Assembly (NCBI GenBank): GCA_963707795.1
Contig: OY970174.1
Coordinates: 2,906,206 to 2,970,205, forward strand
Length of the DNA stretch: 64,000 nt
Direction of reading: 5' to 3'
From: an uncultured Acidobacteriota bacterium
Lineage (GTDB): Bacteria; Acidobacteriota; Vicinamibacteria; Vicinamibacterales; UBA2999
In this document: positions 1-9,937 of the stretch, in pieces
Numbering within the stretch: position 1 is the first letter of the stretch
Layout: each line of letters opens with the position of its first letter
Made by a program: the position numbers and the translations under genes
The notes under the pieces: model-generated
Told to the model about the DNA's origin: nothing
Seen by the model: the letters and a program-made list of their open reading frames with translations, nothing else
Database searches by the model: none

Positions 1-1985
1 CGCTGGACACCCGCGAGCAGGCGGCCCCGATCCGGCAGGCCGTCGCGCGCACGCTCGCCCAGGTGCGCAACCCGCACTTCCGGCCGCTGCTCATCCCGCT
101 GATGTACGACGCCAATCTGTCCGTCGCGCGCGAGGCGATCCAGAGCGCGGGACGCCTGGGCCTGGCCTCCGGTGCCGGTGAGGGCACGGCCGCGTCCGCC
201 GACTTCCTCTTCGTGCCGCCGCTCGTGTCGTTGATGCGCAACCGGCTCTTGAAGAGCGGCGCACGCACGGTACTGGTGGCATACGGGGAACAGGTCGTGG
301 ACACGCTCGCCTATTTCCTCCGCGACACGGACGAAGACGTGTGGATCCGGCGGCACGTGCCGTCCACGCTGGCGCTGATCCCCTCGCCGCGCGCGCTCGA
401 CGTCCTCACCACCGCCCTCGGCGACGAGGACGGCTTCGTGCGCCACAAGGCGATTGCCGGCATCGAGCGGATCCGCCGCACCCGGCCCGACCTGCCGGTG
501 GACCGGCCGACGGTCGAGCGGCAGATCCTGCAGGAGGCGATGCGCGCCTTCAACGCCCTCACCCTGCACCACAACCTCTTCGTCACCGGCGGCCTCGATC
601 CGCAGTCGGTGCTCGGCCGGGTGCTGCGTGAGAAGCACGGCCGCGTGCTCGACCGGATCTTCGGCCTGCTCGGGCTGCTCCACTCGCCCGACGACATCGG
701 CGCCGTCCGTGCCGCGCTCGGGCACGCGGATGCGCGGCTGCGCTCCGGCGCCATCGAATACCTCGACAACCTGCTCGCCGGCGACATCCGCCGCCGGGTG
801 ATGCTGCTGGTCGAGGAGATGCCGGCCGAGGAACGCATTCGCAAGGGCAACGTGATCTTCAAGACGCGCGGCCGCGACGTGGACGACACGGTCGCGCAGC
901 TCGTGCACGACGACGACCAGGTGGTGGCGGCGGCGGCCATTCACCTCGTCGAGCAGCGGGAGATGTGGGCGCTGGCCGACGACCTCGAGCACGCTCTCGC
1001 GCATCGCGATCCGCGCGACTGGTACGTGTTCGAAGCGGCGTCGTGGGCGCTGGCGGCACGCCGGATCTCGCCCGAGCGGCGGCGCGCGATGTGGCTGGAG
1101 CCGCTGCCGGCGGTGGAGCTCGCCGATCGGCTGCGCCGCATCCAGCTCTTCGACTTCGCCTCCATCGACGAACTGTTCCGCATCGCCGGCCTCGGTCGGC
1201 AGGTGCGGCACGAGCCGGGGCGGGTCCTCTACGAGGCAGGCCGTCCGGCCGACTCGCTGCAGTTCCTGCTCGACGGCCGCGTGACGGTGGAGCACGAGGG
1301 CGGGCCGGTCGAGGAGCTGGCGGCGCCGACGGTGCTGGGCTTCGAGGCCGTCCTCGAGGGCAGCCCGATGCCGGCGACCATCCGCGCCGTGGACACGGCG
1401 ATCTCGCTGTCGCTGACCACCGAGGAGTTCCTGTCGCTGCTCTCGGAGAACGTCGAGATCGCCCAGGGCATCTTCCGCCTCCTGATCGATCGCCGCGGGA
1501 CACCCGGCTGGCACACCGTGATGCACGGGCGCCTCGGGCGCGCGCTCGAGCGCCGCGCGGAGGAGGGCCTGCAGCCGGTCGATCGCGTGCTGCTGCTGCA
1601 GTCGAGCCCGCTGCTGTCACGCGCCACGGCGGTGCAGCTGCTCGGGCTGGCCAGCATCGCCCGCGCCGTCGGCTTGAAGGCGGGGACCGACCCGCTGGCC
1701 GGCGCCGAACCGTCGATCCTGGTGGTGCTGAGCGGCTCGGTGCGCGTGACGCGGGAGGGGATGGCGGCGGACACCGCCGACACCGGCGACGCCATCGGCA
1801 TCTACGAGACGCTGGGCGGGATGCCCTTCCCGGTGCGCGCCGAAGTGATCGCGGAGGGCCAGGCCCTCCGCTTCCTGCGCTCCGACCTGTTCGACCTGCT
1901 CGCCGATCACATCGACCTGCTGCAGGGCATTTTTTCCGGCCTGCTGCGCGCCCCCGAGCCGGCCCGCGAGCCGGTGGGGTCTTAA
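1..1985 (+). CDS. HEAT-repeat protein with two C-terminal cyclic-nucleotide-binding-like domains (5' partial; resembles the C-terminal part of Npt/TLC-transporter-HEAT-cNMP fusions)
   Basis: Frame is open from the window edge. HEAT-like repeats (DEDVWIRRHVP, DEDGFVRHKAI, DARLRSGAIEYL). Two cNMP-like domains (LYEAGRPADSLQFLLDGRV; ILVVLSGSVRV). Confidence 0.75.
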   Translation, partial: LDTREQAAPIRQAVARTLAQVRNPHFRPLLIPLMYDANLSVAREAIQSAGRLGLASGAGEGTAASADFLFVPPLVSLMRNRLLKSGARTVLVAYGEQVVDTLAYFLRDTDEDVWIRRHVPSTLALIPSPRALDVLTTALGDEDGFVRHKAIAGIERIRRTRPDLPVDRPTVERQILQEAMRAFNALTLHHNLFVTGGLDPQSVLGRVLREKHGRVLDRIFGLLGLLHSPDDIGAVRAALGHADARLRSGAIEYLDNLLAGDIRRRVMLLVEEMPAEERIRKGNVIFKTRGRDVDDTVAQLVHDDDQVVAAAAIHLVEQREMWALADDLEHALAHRDPRDWYVFEAASWALAARRISPERRRAMWLEPLPAVELADRLRRIQLFDFASIDELFRIAGLGRQVRHEPGRVLYEAGRPADSLQFLLDGRVTVEHEGGPVEELAAPTVLGFEAVLEGSPMPATIRAVDTAISLSLTTEEFLSLLSENVEIAQGIFRLLIDRRGTPGWHTVMHGRLGRALERRAEEGLQPVDRVLLLQSSPLLSRATAVQLLGLASIARAVGLKAGTDPLAGAEPSILVVLSGSVRVTREGMAADTADTGDAIGIYETLGGMPFPVRAEVIAEGQALRFLRSDLFDLLADHIDLLQGIFSGLLRAPEPAREPVGS

Positions 1986-2075
1986 CAAACTCTTCACATC
2001 TGCCGCTTAACCTTTGCCCGGGTGTGGACGTCCAATCAGAGTAGCAAGCGCCATACGTTTCGGAGGACCCACGCA

Positions 2076-2543
2076 ATGAACAGACGCATTCTCGTCGCCG
2101 CCGCACTGGCGGCGATTCTGGCCGGTGGCAGCGCCGCCGCTCTGGCCCAGCCCGAGCAGGGCGGGCGCGGCCCGCATCGCGGGCCCCGCGGCGGGATGAT
2201 CGGCGGCCCGGCCGACCTCGGCCTCCGTGGTCTCGATCTGGCCGACGCGCAGCGCGATCAGGTCCGCGCGATCATGGAGTCGCACAAGGCCGCGTTCGAA
2301 CAGACGCGGACCAGGCTTCGCGACGCGCACCAGGCGATGCGCCAGGCGACCGTCGCGCAGCCGATCGACGAGGCCGCCGTCCGTGCGAAGAGCGCCGAGG
2401 TTGGCGCCGCGATGGCCGACGAGGCCATCCTCCGTGCCAAGGTTCGCGCGGAAGTCTTCGCCATCCTGACGCCGGAGCAGCAGCAGAAGGCGACCGAGCG
2501 GAACCAGGCGGCCCAGCAACGGCGCCAACGCCAGCCTCGCTAG
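2076..2543 (+). CDS. Spy/CpxP family periplasmic chaperone
   Basis: GGAGGA RBS before ATG 2076. Signal peptide, Gly/Arg-rich linker, LDLADAQ and ILTPEQ (LTxxQ) motifs. Confidence 0.88.
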   Translation: MNRRILVAAALAAILAGGSAAALAQPEQGGRGPHRGPRGGMIGGPADLGLRGLDLADAQRDQVRAIMESHKAAFEQTRTRLRDAHQAMRQATVAQPIDEAAVRAKSAEVGAAMADEAILRAKVRAEVFAILTPEQQQKATERNQAAQQRRQRQPR

Positions 2544-2611
2544 TCGGGCGCGGCACGCGGCGGGGAGTGGCGTGCGGACGCCGCGTCCCCCGCGTGCCCG
2601 GCCGCACACCC

Positions 2612-3871
2612 TCAGGACGCCGACGTCCGCAGCAGCCGCAGCGCGTTGAGCGTGACGATCACGGTGGCGCCGGTATCGGCCAGCACCGCCATCCACAACG
2701 GCGCGAATCCGAAGGGCGCCGACACCAGGAACGCTACCTTCGTCAGCAGCGCAATGGCGACGTTCTCGCGGATCACGCGCAGCGTGCGGCGCGCGTGCGA
2801 CACCAGCAGCTCCATCGCGCGGTCGTCGGCCGCGGTCAGCACCACATCCGGCTCGGCCTGACCGGCGGCGTGCGCGTCCCGCGCCCCGATGACCACCGTG
2901 ATGCCCGCGTCGGCGAGCCCGGCCCTGGTGGGCGCCGCCACGGCGGCGGCACGCTCGAGCACGGCCCCACCCTTGACGAGGACGCCACGCCGCGCCGCCG
3001 ACGTCAACGCCGCCACCATCGCCACCGGCGTCGAGATCACCAGCGCACAGGGACAGGCGAGGACCAGAAAGACCAGCGCGCGATAGAACCAGACCGCCCA
3101 CTGCCCGTCCGCGAGCGGCGGCCCGAGCGCCAGCAGCACCGCCGCGCCGGTCACGGCCGGCGTGTAGATGGCGGCGAAGCGCTCGATCCATCGTTCGACC
3201 GGGGCCGACTGCTGCAGGCCCTCGGCCACCAGCGACGGCCCGCGTCCCACCAGGGCGGCAATTTCGCGGCGGGCGCGCTCGATGCTCCACGCCTCCATCC
3301 GGTGGGCGAGCGCGAAGAGAAACGCGACCGCCGCCCCCTCCGACCATTCGCCAATCACCGCCGCGCCGACGACGGTCACGCAGACCAGCACGTGCATGTC
3401 CAGCCGGCGATGGCGAATCGCGGCGACGGCACGCGGCCACATCGGCCACAGCCCGACGAACGCCGACAGCCCGTAGAGGACCGCGGCCCGCGCGTCGTGC
3501 GCGTGGTGCACGAAGGTGTCGAACCAGTGGTCCGAGGAGGCACCCTCGACGACCCAGCCGGCGGCAAACAGGAGGCCGCTGGCCACGGTGAAGGCCGAGG
3601 AGTGGTCGCCGGCGTGGTCGTGGGGCTGCTCACGCGCGGACGCGGGCTCGCCGGCGGCGGGCAGCGCATGGGCCGGCAACCCGGTGCCGCGCACCGCCGC
3701 CACCAGGGCCGCCGCGTCGGTGCCCGCCGCGTCGAACGTGATGTCGACGTGGCCGTGGATCAGGTCGAATTCGACCGCGCGCACCGCCGCATTCGGCGCC
3801 AGCGCACGGCGGACCAGCGCCGCTTCATCGGCGCAGTCCATGCCATGCACGTGCAGCCGCAGATCGGGCAT
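2612..3871 (-). CDS. Heavy-metal P1B-type ATPase homologue reduced to HMA + membrane domain (no A, N or DKTGT region)
   Basis: HMA motif GMDCADE, His-rich linker, TM6 ACPCALVISTP, TM7 Lys (LLTK), TM8 ADTG. No TGE, DKTGT or GDGxND. CATAAT lies 6 nt before the ATG. Confidence 0.8.
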   Translation of the reverse strand: MPDLRLHVHGMDCADEAALVRRALAPNAAVRAVEFDLIHGHVDITFDAAGTDAAALVAAVRGTGLPAHALPAAGEPASAREQPHDHAGDHSSAFTVASGLLFAAGWVVEGASSDHWFDTFVHHAHDARAAVLYGLSAFVGLWPMWPRAVAAIRHRRLDMHVLVCVTVVGAAVIGEWSEGAAVAFLFALAHRMEAWSIERARREIAALVGRGPSLVAEGLQQSAPVERWIERFAAIYTPAVTGAAVLLALGPPLADGQWAVWFYRALVFLVLACPCALVISTPVAMVAALTSAARRGVLVKGGAVLERAAAVAAPTRAGLADAGITVVIGARDAHAAGQAEPDVVLTAADDRAMELLVSHARRTLRVIRENVAIALLTKVAFLVSAPFGFAPLWMAVLADTGATVIVTLNALRLLRTSAS

Positions 3872-3990
3872 CCGTTCATTATGGCCACATTCCACGGCCG
3901 CGCACGACCGCCAGAGGTGGGCAACGGCTCCCCCAGGCACGCCGGGCGCCGGAGGACCGCGAAGTTGCCACGCGGCCTCGAGGCGCGATG

Positions 3991-4458
3991 CTACAAATCG
4001 CGGGCCGCCGCCAGCACCTCGTCGGCATGCCCGTCGACCTTGACGTTGTCCCAGCGCCGGGCGACGCGGCCGTCGCGATCGATGAGGAACGTCGTGCGGA
4101 CGATGCCCATGTAGGTGCGCCCGTAGCGCGACTTCTCCTGCCAGACCCCGTAGCGTTCGGCCGTCGCGTGGTCGGCGTCGGCGAGCAGCGGAAACGTCAC
4201 CGCGTGCTTCGCCGCAAAGCGGGCCTTGCTCTTCTCGTCGAGGATGCTGATGCCGAACACCACCGCCTTGGCCGAGGCGAATTGCGGCAGCCGGTCTCGG
4301 AAATCGCAGGTCTCGGTCGTACAGCCAGGCGTATCGTCCTTGGGATAGAAGTAAAGCACCACCGGCGATCCGCGATGCTGCGACAGCTTGTGCGTAGTGC
4401 CGGCCTGGTCCTTGAGGGTGAACGCGGGGGCCGGGCGGCCCGGCTCGATCAGCGGCAT
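3991..4458 (-). CDS. bcp: Thioredoxin-dependent peroxiredoxin BCP/PrxQ
   Basis: VVLYFYPKDDTPGCTTETCDFRD and GIVRTTFLID motifs. Confidence 0.95.
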   Translation of the reverse strand: MPLIEPGRPAPAFTLKDQAGTTHKLSQHRGSPVVLYFYPKDDTPGCTTETCDFRDRLPQFASAKAVVFGISILDEKSKARFAAKHAVTFPLLADADHATAERYGVWQEKSRYGRTYMGIVRTTFLIDRDGRVARRWDNVKVDGHADEVLAAARDL

Positions 4459-4494
4459 GGCCGCCAGTCTACCAGCCGCCGGCGGCGGGAGCCG

Positions 4495-4962
4495 TTACTT
4501 GACGCCGAACAACCGCTCGGTCTTGCCGAAGCGCTTGGCGCTGAGATCGCGGACGGTGGCGACGACCTTGTACACCCCGGTCACGTCGCCGGCAGCCAGT
4601 GTGAGCGGGACCGTGCCGCGCCCGCCGGTCAGCGCCACGCCCTTCATCTCGCTGTGCACGCTGCCGTCCGGGCGGTATGCCACGACGTCGGCCTCAGCCC
4701 GGCAGGCGCCGCTCGCGTCCGGTTGGCACCCCTGAATCATCACGACCACGGTGACGGCCTCGTTACGCGCGACCTCGCTGTCGTGCTCGACCTCCTTCGC
4801 TGCCGGAATGGCCTGCAGCTCGACGAGGGGCAGCGTCGTGATGGCGACGACCGACCGCAGCACCTCGCGCTGCGAGGTCAGCGACGGGGGCGATGCCGGC
4901 GCCGGGGCCGGCGCCTGCACCAGGGCGAGGCCGAGCGCCGCACAGGTCAGGAGGCTGGTCAT
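4495..4962 (-). CDS. Hypothetical secreted protein (beta-sandwich-like)
   Basis: Signal-peptide-like N-terminus MTSLLTCAALGLALVQA. TACAAT lies 6 nt upstream of the ATG. Confidence 0.65.
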   Translation of the reverse strand: MTSLLTCAALGLALVQAPAPAPASPPSLTSQREVLRSVVAITTLPLVELQAIPAAKEVEHDSEVARNEAVTVVVMIQGCQPDASGACRAEADVVAYRPDGSVHSEMKGVALTGGRGTVPLTLAAGDVTGVYKVVATVRDLSAKRFGKTERLFGVK

Positions 4963-5004
4963 CCCAGCATTGTAGGGAGGGGCGCGCCGCGGCGCCAATG
5001 AGCT

Positions 5005-8000
5005 TTACGGCTGGGGTGGCGCCGGCCGCTCGACCGGCACCGCGGCGTGCGACCGCCGCGGTTCGGCTCCGCCCTCGACGCGCTGCGCGCGCGGATCGAC
5101 CACGATGGCGGCGGCGTAGCCGTAGCGCACCTCGCCCTTGCGCCCGATCTTCTGAACGCGATGGCCGCGGCCCTCCAGGTCCTGGAGGACGGCGCGCGGA
5201 AAGCGATCTTCGATCTCGATGCGGGCGTGATCGTCCATCGGGTCGGTGGGGTCGCGCTGCGGGAGGAAGCGCGGCGCTTCGACGGCCGCCTGCGCGCCGA
5301 GCCCGCCGTCGATGACGCCGGTGATGATGTTGTACACCGAGACGGGGATCCACGCGTTGCCCGCGGCGCCGACCGCGAGTCTCGCGACCTCGCCCGCGGC
5401 CGTCTTCTCGAACACGAGCGTTGGCACGCTCGCCGTGCTCGAACGCATCAGCGGAACCAGCCGGGCATAGGCGCCGGGTGCGGTGCGCGACGAGCGCAGG
5501 TGGTTGTTGTAGAGGAACCCCAGATCCTTGGACACGTAGAACGTGCCTCCCCAGGTGCTCAGCGTCTGGGTGATGGCGATCATGTTGCCACGGCTGTCGG
5601 CAACGGCGAACGAGGTCGTCCCGGTCCCGATACGCGGCGGCGGCGCGGCCGGCGCGTCGTCGGGAGACGGCCGTTCGAGCAGCGAGGCCGTCTGCGGGTC
5701 GATCTTCGCGAACAGCTTGCGCGCGTGGGCGAGATCGAGATGCTCGGCGAAATCGACCGGGAAGCGCTCGGGATCGGCGACGCGGCGCACCTGGTCGCGG
5801 ACCTTCCACGATTCGAGCACGTAGTGGAAGTAGTCGGCGTCGGTGGTCGTCCGCGCGCCCGGGCGCGGCCGGTAGTTCTCCAGGATCTGCAGCGACTCGA
5901 ACAATTGAATCCCGGTGGCGATCGGCGGACCGCCGGCATAGAGGGCATGGCCGCGATACTGCCCCACTACCGGGGCGCGCTCGATGGCGCGGTACTGCGC
6001 CAGGTCCGCGGTCCCGATGATGCCGCCATGCTGCTCGAGGTCCGCCGCGATGCGGCGGGCGATGTCGCCGCGATAGAAGGAGGCCGCATCCCTGGCGATG
6101 GCGCGGAGCGTGTTCGCGTAGTCCTTGTTGACGAAGCGCTCGCCGGGCCGCGGCACGCGGCCGCCGGGCAGGTAGATCCGGGACGCTTCCGGCCACCTCT
6201 CCAGGAAGCGGCGACCCTCGGCGAGACTGGTCGGCAGCGCTTCGTCGAGGATGAAACCCTCGTCGGCCAGTGCGATCGCGGGCGCGACCAGGTCCGCCCA
6301 CGGCACCTTGCCGCTGCCGTAGGTCGTGTAGAGGTAGTCGAGACCGGCGACCACGCCGGGGATGTTGGCCGCCGCCGGCCCGTCGGCGATCAGGCGGCCG
6401 TTGTCCATGATCGCCGGGTTGTCGGTCGTCGCGTGGATCGGCGTCTGGTCCTTGTAATCGATCACCGTGGGCCGCGCCATGTGCGTGAGGAACAGCACGG
6501 CGGCGCCATCGCCGCCGATGCCCGAGGCTTCCGGCTCCACCACCCCGAGCGCGAAGGAGACGGCCACCGCCGCGTCGACGATGTTGCCGCCCTTTTCCAG
6601 CGCCAGGCGCCCGGCCTGCGAGGCGAGCGGATGGCCGGACACCACGACGGCGCCGTTCGAGGTCACCACCGGCTTGATCAGAGGCTGGTCGGCGACGAGG
6701 GCGTCGATGGCGTCCTCGAACGCGGCGTCGTGAGGGGCGCGGGCGGCGGCCGGACGGTGCCGCTCGCGCGCGGCCGTCCACGCGGCGGCCGCCGAGCCGG
6801 CGCCGTAGTACAGGTCGCGCAGCGTCTGCCAGACACGGTCGAAGGCGGCGGTGTAGAGCGCGGCCGAGGGCTGCAGCGTCGTCGTGAGTGCCCCGCCCTC
6901 TTCATGCACCGGCAGCGGCGCGGCCACGCGCCACAGCCGAAACGCCCGCCCGTCGGCGAACAGCGGCGGCGCGTCGGCCTCGCTGCGCAGCGGGTTGCCG
7001 TTGTACACCGGCTGCGGCTCGGGCAGGCCCGCCACCAGCAGCGACCGTCCGTCCGGGGACCAGGCGGGCGCGCCGCCCAGTCGCGAGGCGAGCTGCGGCG
7101 GTGCGGCCGGACGCGGGCGGCGAACGGACGGTTCGCTGCCCTCGCGCGGCGGCGGCTCGACGGCAGCCACCCACACCGATCCGACCCCGTCGCGCACGGC
7201 GTAGAAGGCGATGCGATCGCTGTCCGGCGCCCACGACAGCGACGACTCGTCGCCGCGCGCGCGTGTGACGCGGCTGACGCGGGGCAGGCCCTTCGCGTCC
7301 GCGGCGCCCGGCGGCGCGTCCGCGGACGCCGGGACGCGCGCCGGGTCGCCCGGGGGCGCGGACCGGACGGGCGCACGCGTACTCAGCGGCACCGGACGGG
7401 CCACGGTCGCCTCCGGCACCGCCATCGCGAACACGTCGACGTCGTCGGTCGAATCGCGATCGGACACGAAGGCGACGCGCCGGCCGTCGGGCGACACGCG
7501 GGGATGCGTCTCGCTGTCTGTCGTGCGCGTGAGCGGCAGCGGTGCCTGCCACGCCTCCGATCCGGCAACCGGCACCACGATGAACAGGTCCCATGGCAGG
7601 CCGGGCGCGGTGGGCCGGCCGTCGGGCGGCGCCTCGCGATGCGCGAAGACGATGCGGCCGTCGGGCGTCCACGAAGGCCACCGCTCGTCGCCGGGCATGG
7701 TGGTCACCGCGGTGGCCTGGCCGCCGCGGCTGGGAGCGACGTAGATGTCGAAGGCGCCGCCGCGGTTGGCTGCAAACGCGATGCGGCGGCCATCGGGCGA
7801 CCACGCCGGCTCGCGCTCGATGGCGCCGCTGACCGCGGTGACCGGGCGGGCGCGGCGTCCGTCCGGCGTCATCGTCCAGATGCGATCGAGGTAGGAGACG
7901 GCAACGCGCTCGCCGTCCGGCGCCCACGCCGGATCCTGCACGCCGGCGGGGGTCTGCGCCCCGGTCGGCAGCTGAATGACGCCGAGCGCCGCCAGCAGGA

Positions 8001-8025
8001 GGACCGGCCGGATGAGCGGACGCAT
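5005..8025 (-). CDS. Secreted TolB-like (PD40) beta-propeller + gamma-glutamyltransferase family fusion
   Basis: True start MRPLIRPVLL at 8025. PD40 repeats (PAWAPDG, PAWSPDG, PSWTPDG, PRVSPDG). GGT motifs GGNIVDAAVA, EPEASGIGGDG, IPGVVAGL and Ntn Thr in TGTTSFAVAD. Confidence 0.88.
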   Translation of the reverse strand: MRPLIRPVLLLAALGVIQLPTGAQTPAGVQDPAWAPDGERVAVSYLDRIWTMTPDGRRARPVTAVSGAIEREPAWSPDGRRIAFAANRGGAFDIYVAPSRGGQATAVTTMPGDERWPSWTPDGRIVFAHREAPPDGRPTAPGLPWDLFIVVPVAGSEAWQAPLPLTRTTDSETHPRVSPDGRRVAFVSDRDSTDDVDVFAMAVPEATVARPVPLSTRAPVRSAPPGDPARVPASADAPPGAADAKGLPRVSRVTRARGDESSLSWAPDSDRIAFYAVRDGVGSVWVAAVEPPPREGSEPSVRRPRPAAPPQLASRLGGAPAWSPDGRSLLVAGLPEPQPVYNGNPLRSEADAPPLFADGRAFRLWRVAAPLPVHEEGGALTTTLQPSAALYTAAFDRVWQTLRDLYYGAGSAAAAWTAARERHRPAAARAPHDAAFEDAIDALVADQPLIKPVVTSNGAVVVSGHPLASQAGRLALEKGGNIVDAAVAVSFALGVVEPEASGIGGDGAAVLFLTHMARPTVIDYKDQTPIHATTDNPAIMDNGRLIADGPAAANIPGVVAGLDYLYTTYGSGKVPWADLVAPAIALADEGFILDEALPTSLAEGRRFLERWPEASRIYLPGGRVPRPGERFVNKDYANTLRAIARDAASFYRGDIARRIAADLEQHGGIIGTADLAQYRAIERAPVVGQYRGHALYAGGPPIATGIQLFESLQILENYRPRPGARTTTDADYFHYVLESWKVRDQVRRVADPERFPVDFAEHLDLAHARKLFAKIDPQTASLLERPSPDDAPAAPPPRIGTGTTSFAVADSRGNMIAITQTLSTWGGTFYVSKDLGFLYNNHLRSSRTAPGAYARLVPLMRSSTASVPTLVFEKTAAGEVARLAVGAAGNAWIPVSVYNIITGVIDGGLGAQAAVEAPRFLPQRDPTDPMDDHARIEIEDRFPRAVLQDLEGRGHRVQKIGRKGEVRYGYAAAIVVDPRAQRVEGGAEPRRSHAAVPVERPAPPQP

Positions 8026-8036
8026 CGAGGGACGCC

Positions 8037-9893
8037 CTAGCGGGCGGCGGACGCCTTCACCGCCTCCACGATGTGGCGGGCGGAGATGCCGAAGGTGTCG
8101 AGCAGCTCGTCGGGCTTGCCGCTGCGCGGGATCTCGCGTACCGCAAGCCGGGTCACTGCCAGTCCCGCCGGCGCCACCGCGCGCGCCACGGCGTCGCCGA
8201 GTCCGCCGGCCGGGTAATGGTCCTCGACGGTGATGAGCCGCCCGGTCTCCCGCCCCGCCGCGACCAGCGTCTCCGCGTCGATCGGATGGACGGAATACAG
8301 ATCGATGACCCGAATCGCAATCTGGTCCGCCTGCAGTCGATCGTAGGCGGTCAGCGCTTCGTAGAGCGTGACACCGGCGCCGATGACGGTCGCGACGTCG
8401 CGGTCGCTCTGCCGCACGACCTTGCAGCCGCCGATCGGGAACGTCTCGCCGCTGTCGTAGATGACCGGCAGCTTCGGGCGGGACGTGCGGATGTAGACCG
8501 GGCCGGGGTGGTACGCCGCCGCCACCACGAGCTGCTCGGCGCAGACAGCGTCCGAGGGATAGAGCACGGTGATGGTGGGCTGCGCGGTCATCATCGACAG
8601 GTCTTCGAGCGCCATCTGCGACGGCCCGTCCTCGCCGATGGAGACGCCGGCATGCGACCCCGCCATCTTCACGTTGAGATTGCTGATCGCCGTCATCCGC
8701 ACGAAATCGGCGGCGCGGGTGAGAAACGCCGCGAACGTGGACGGATACGGAATCGCGCCGCGCGCCGCCAGGCCCATCGCGGCGCCGAGCATGGCCTGTT
8801 CGGCGATGAAGCACTGGTAGAACCGGTCCGGGTGGATGGCCTCGAACTTGTCGCTGAAGGTCGAGTTCTTCACGTCGGCGTCGAGCGCCACCACGCGCGG
8901 ATCGGCGGTGCCAAGACGGGCCAGGGCGGCGCCGTACGCCTCGCGGGTGGCAATCGACTCGCCGAGCTTGTGCACCGGCGGCGGCACCTCGGTGCCGGAC
9001 TCCTCCGCCGGCGCGCCGGCCGGCGGCGGAATCTCGAGGCCGGCGCCATCCGGCTCCGGCACCATCTGCGCCTCCAGCTCGGCGATCGCCCGATCCATCT
9101 CCTCGGGCTTCAGGGCCTTGCCGTGCCAGTTGGGCTTCGCTTCGAGAAACGAGACGCCCTTGCCCTTGTAGGTGCGGGCGAGGATGACCGTCGGCAGATC
9201 CTCGGCCTTCCGCGCCTCGGCCAGCGCCTCCAGGATGCGCTCCATGTCGTGACCGTCGATCACGACGGTGTGCCACCCGACGCCCGCCCAGCGCCGCTGG
9301 TGGGCGTCCATGTCGTGCCCGTACTGGGTGGCGCGGCTCTGGCCCAGCGCGTTGACGTCCACGATCGCGCACAGCGACGCGAGCTTGTGGAACGCGGCCA
9401 TCGCCGCCGATTCCCACACCGATCCTTCGGCGGTTTCGCCGTCACCCATCAGCACGTAGGTGCGGTAGTCGGAGCGGATGCGGCGGGCGTTGAGCGCGAT
9501 CCCGACCCCGGCGCACAGCCCCTGGCCGAGCGATCCGGTGGCCACGTCCACGAACGGCAGCCGCGGCGTCGGATGGCCTTCGAGATCCGAGGTGAGCTCG
9601 CGCAGCGTCACCAGCTGATCGTGCGGGATGTACCCGGCTTCCGCCCAGGCGGCGTACAGCACCGGCGCCGCATGGCCCTTGGACAGGACGAAACGATCGG
9701 CGTGCGGGTGCTGCGGGCGCTGCGGGTCGTAGCGCATCTCGGCGAAGAACAGCGCGGCGACCAGGTCCGCGGCCGAGCAGCAGGAGGTCGGATGGCCGCT
9801 GCCCGCCGCGGTCGTCGCGCGGATGGACTCGATTCTCAGCCGCGCGGCGACGTTCTTGAGCGCCGGCAGCACTGTGGTCGTCTCGACTTGCAC
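8037..9893 (-). CDS. tkt: Transketolase
   Basis: SGHPTS, DRFVLSKGHAAP, ATGSLGQG, TPP motif GDGE..EG..WE, IAEQ, GEDGPSQ. GGAGGA RBS. Confidence 0.95.
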   Translation of the reverse strand: MQVETTTVLPALKNVAARLRIESIRATTAAGSGHPTSCCSAADLVAALFFAEMRYDPQRPQHPHADRFVLSKGHAAPVLYAAWAEAGYIPHDQLVTLRELTSDLEGHPTPRLPFVDVATGSLGQGLCAGVGIALNARRIRSDYRTYVLMGDGETAEGSVWESAAMAAFHKLASLCAIVDVNALGQSRATQYGHDMDAHQRRWAGVGWHTVVIDGHDMERILEALAEARKAEDLPTVILARTYKGKGVSFLEAKPNWHGKALKPEEMDRAIAELEAQMVPEPDGAGLEIPPPAGAPAEESGTEVPPPVHKLGESIATREAYGAALARLGTADPRVVALDADVKNSTFSDKFEAIHPDRFYQCFIAEQAMLGAAMGLAARGAIPYPSTFAAFLTRAADFVRMTAISNLNVKMAGSHAGVSIGEDGPSQMALEDLSMMTAQPTITVLYPSDAVCAEQLVVAAAYHPGPVYIRTSRPKLPVIYDSGETFPIGGCKVVRQSDRDVATVIGAGVTLYEALTAYDRLQADQIAIRVIDLYSVHPIDAETLVAAGRETGRLITVEDHYPAGGLGDAVARAVAPAGLAVTRLAVREIPRSGKPDELLDTFGISARHIVEAVKASAAR

Positions 9894-9937
9894 CAGACTC
9901 CTCCAAATCCGAAGACAGGCGTCAGTATAATTCTCCG

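Noticed and set aside
5005-9417. 1470-aa ORF as one giant protein
   Set aside because: The first 464 codons are an alternate frame of transketolase. The real gene starts at 8025 with a signal peptide.
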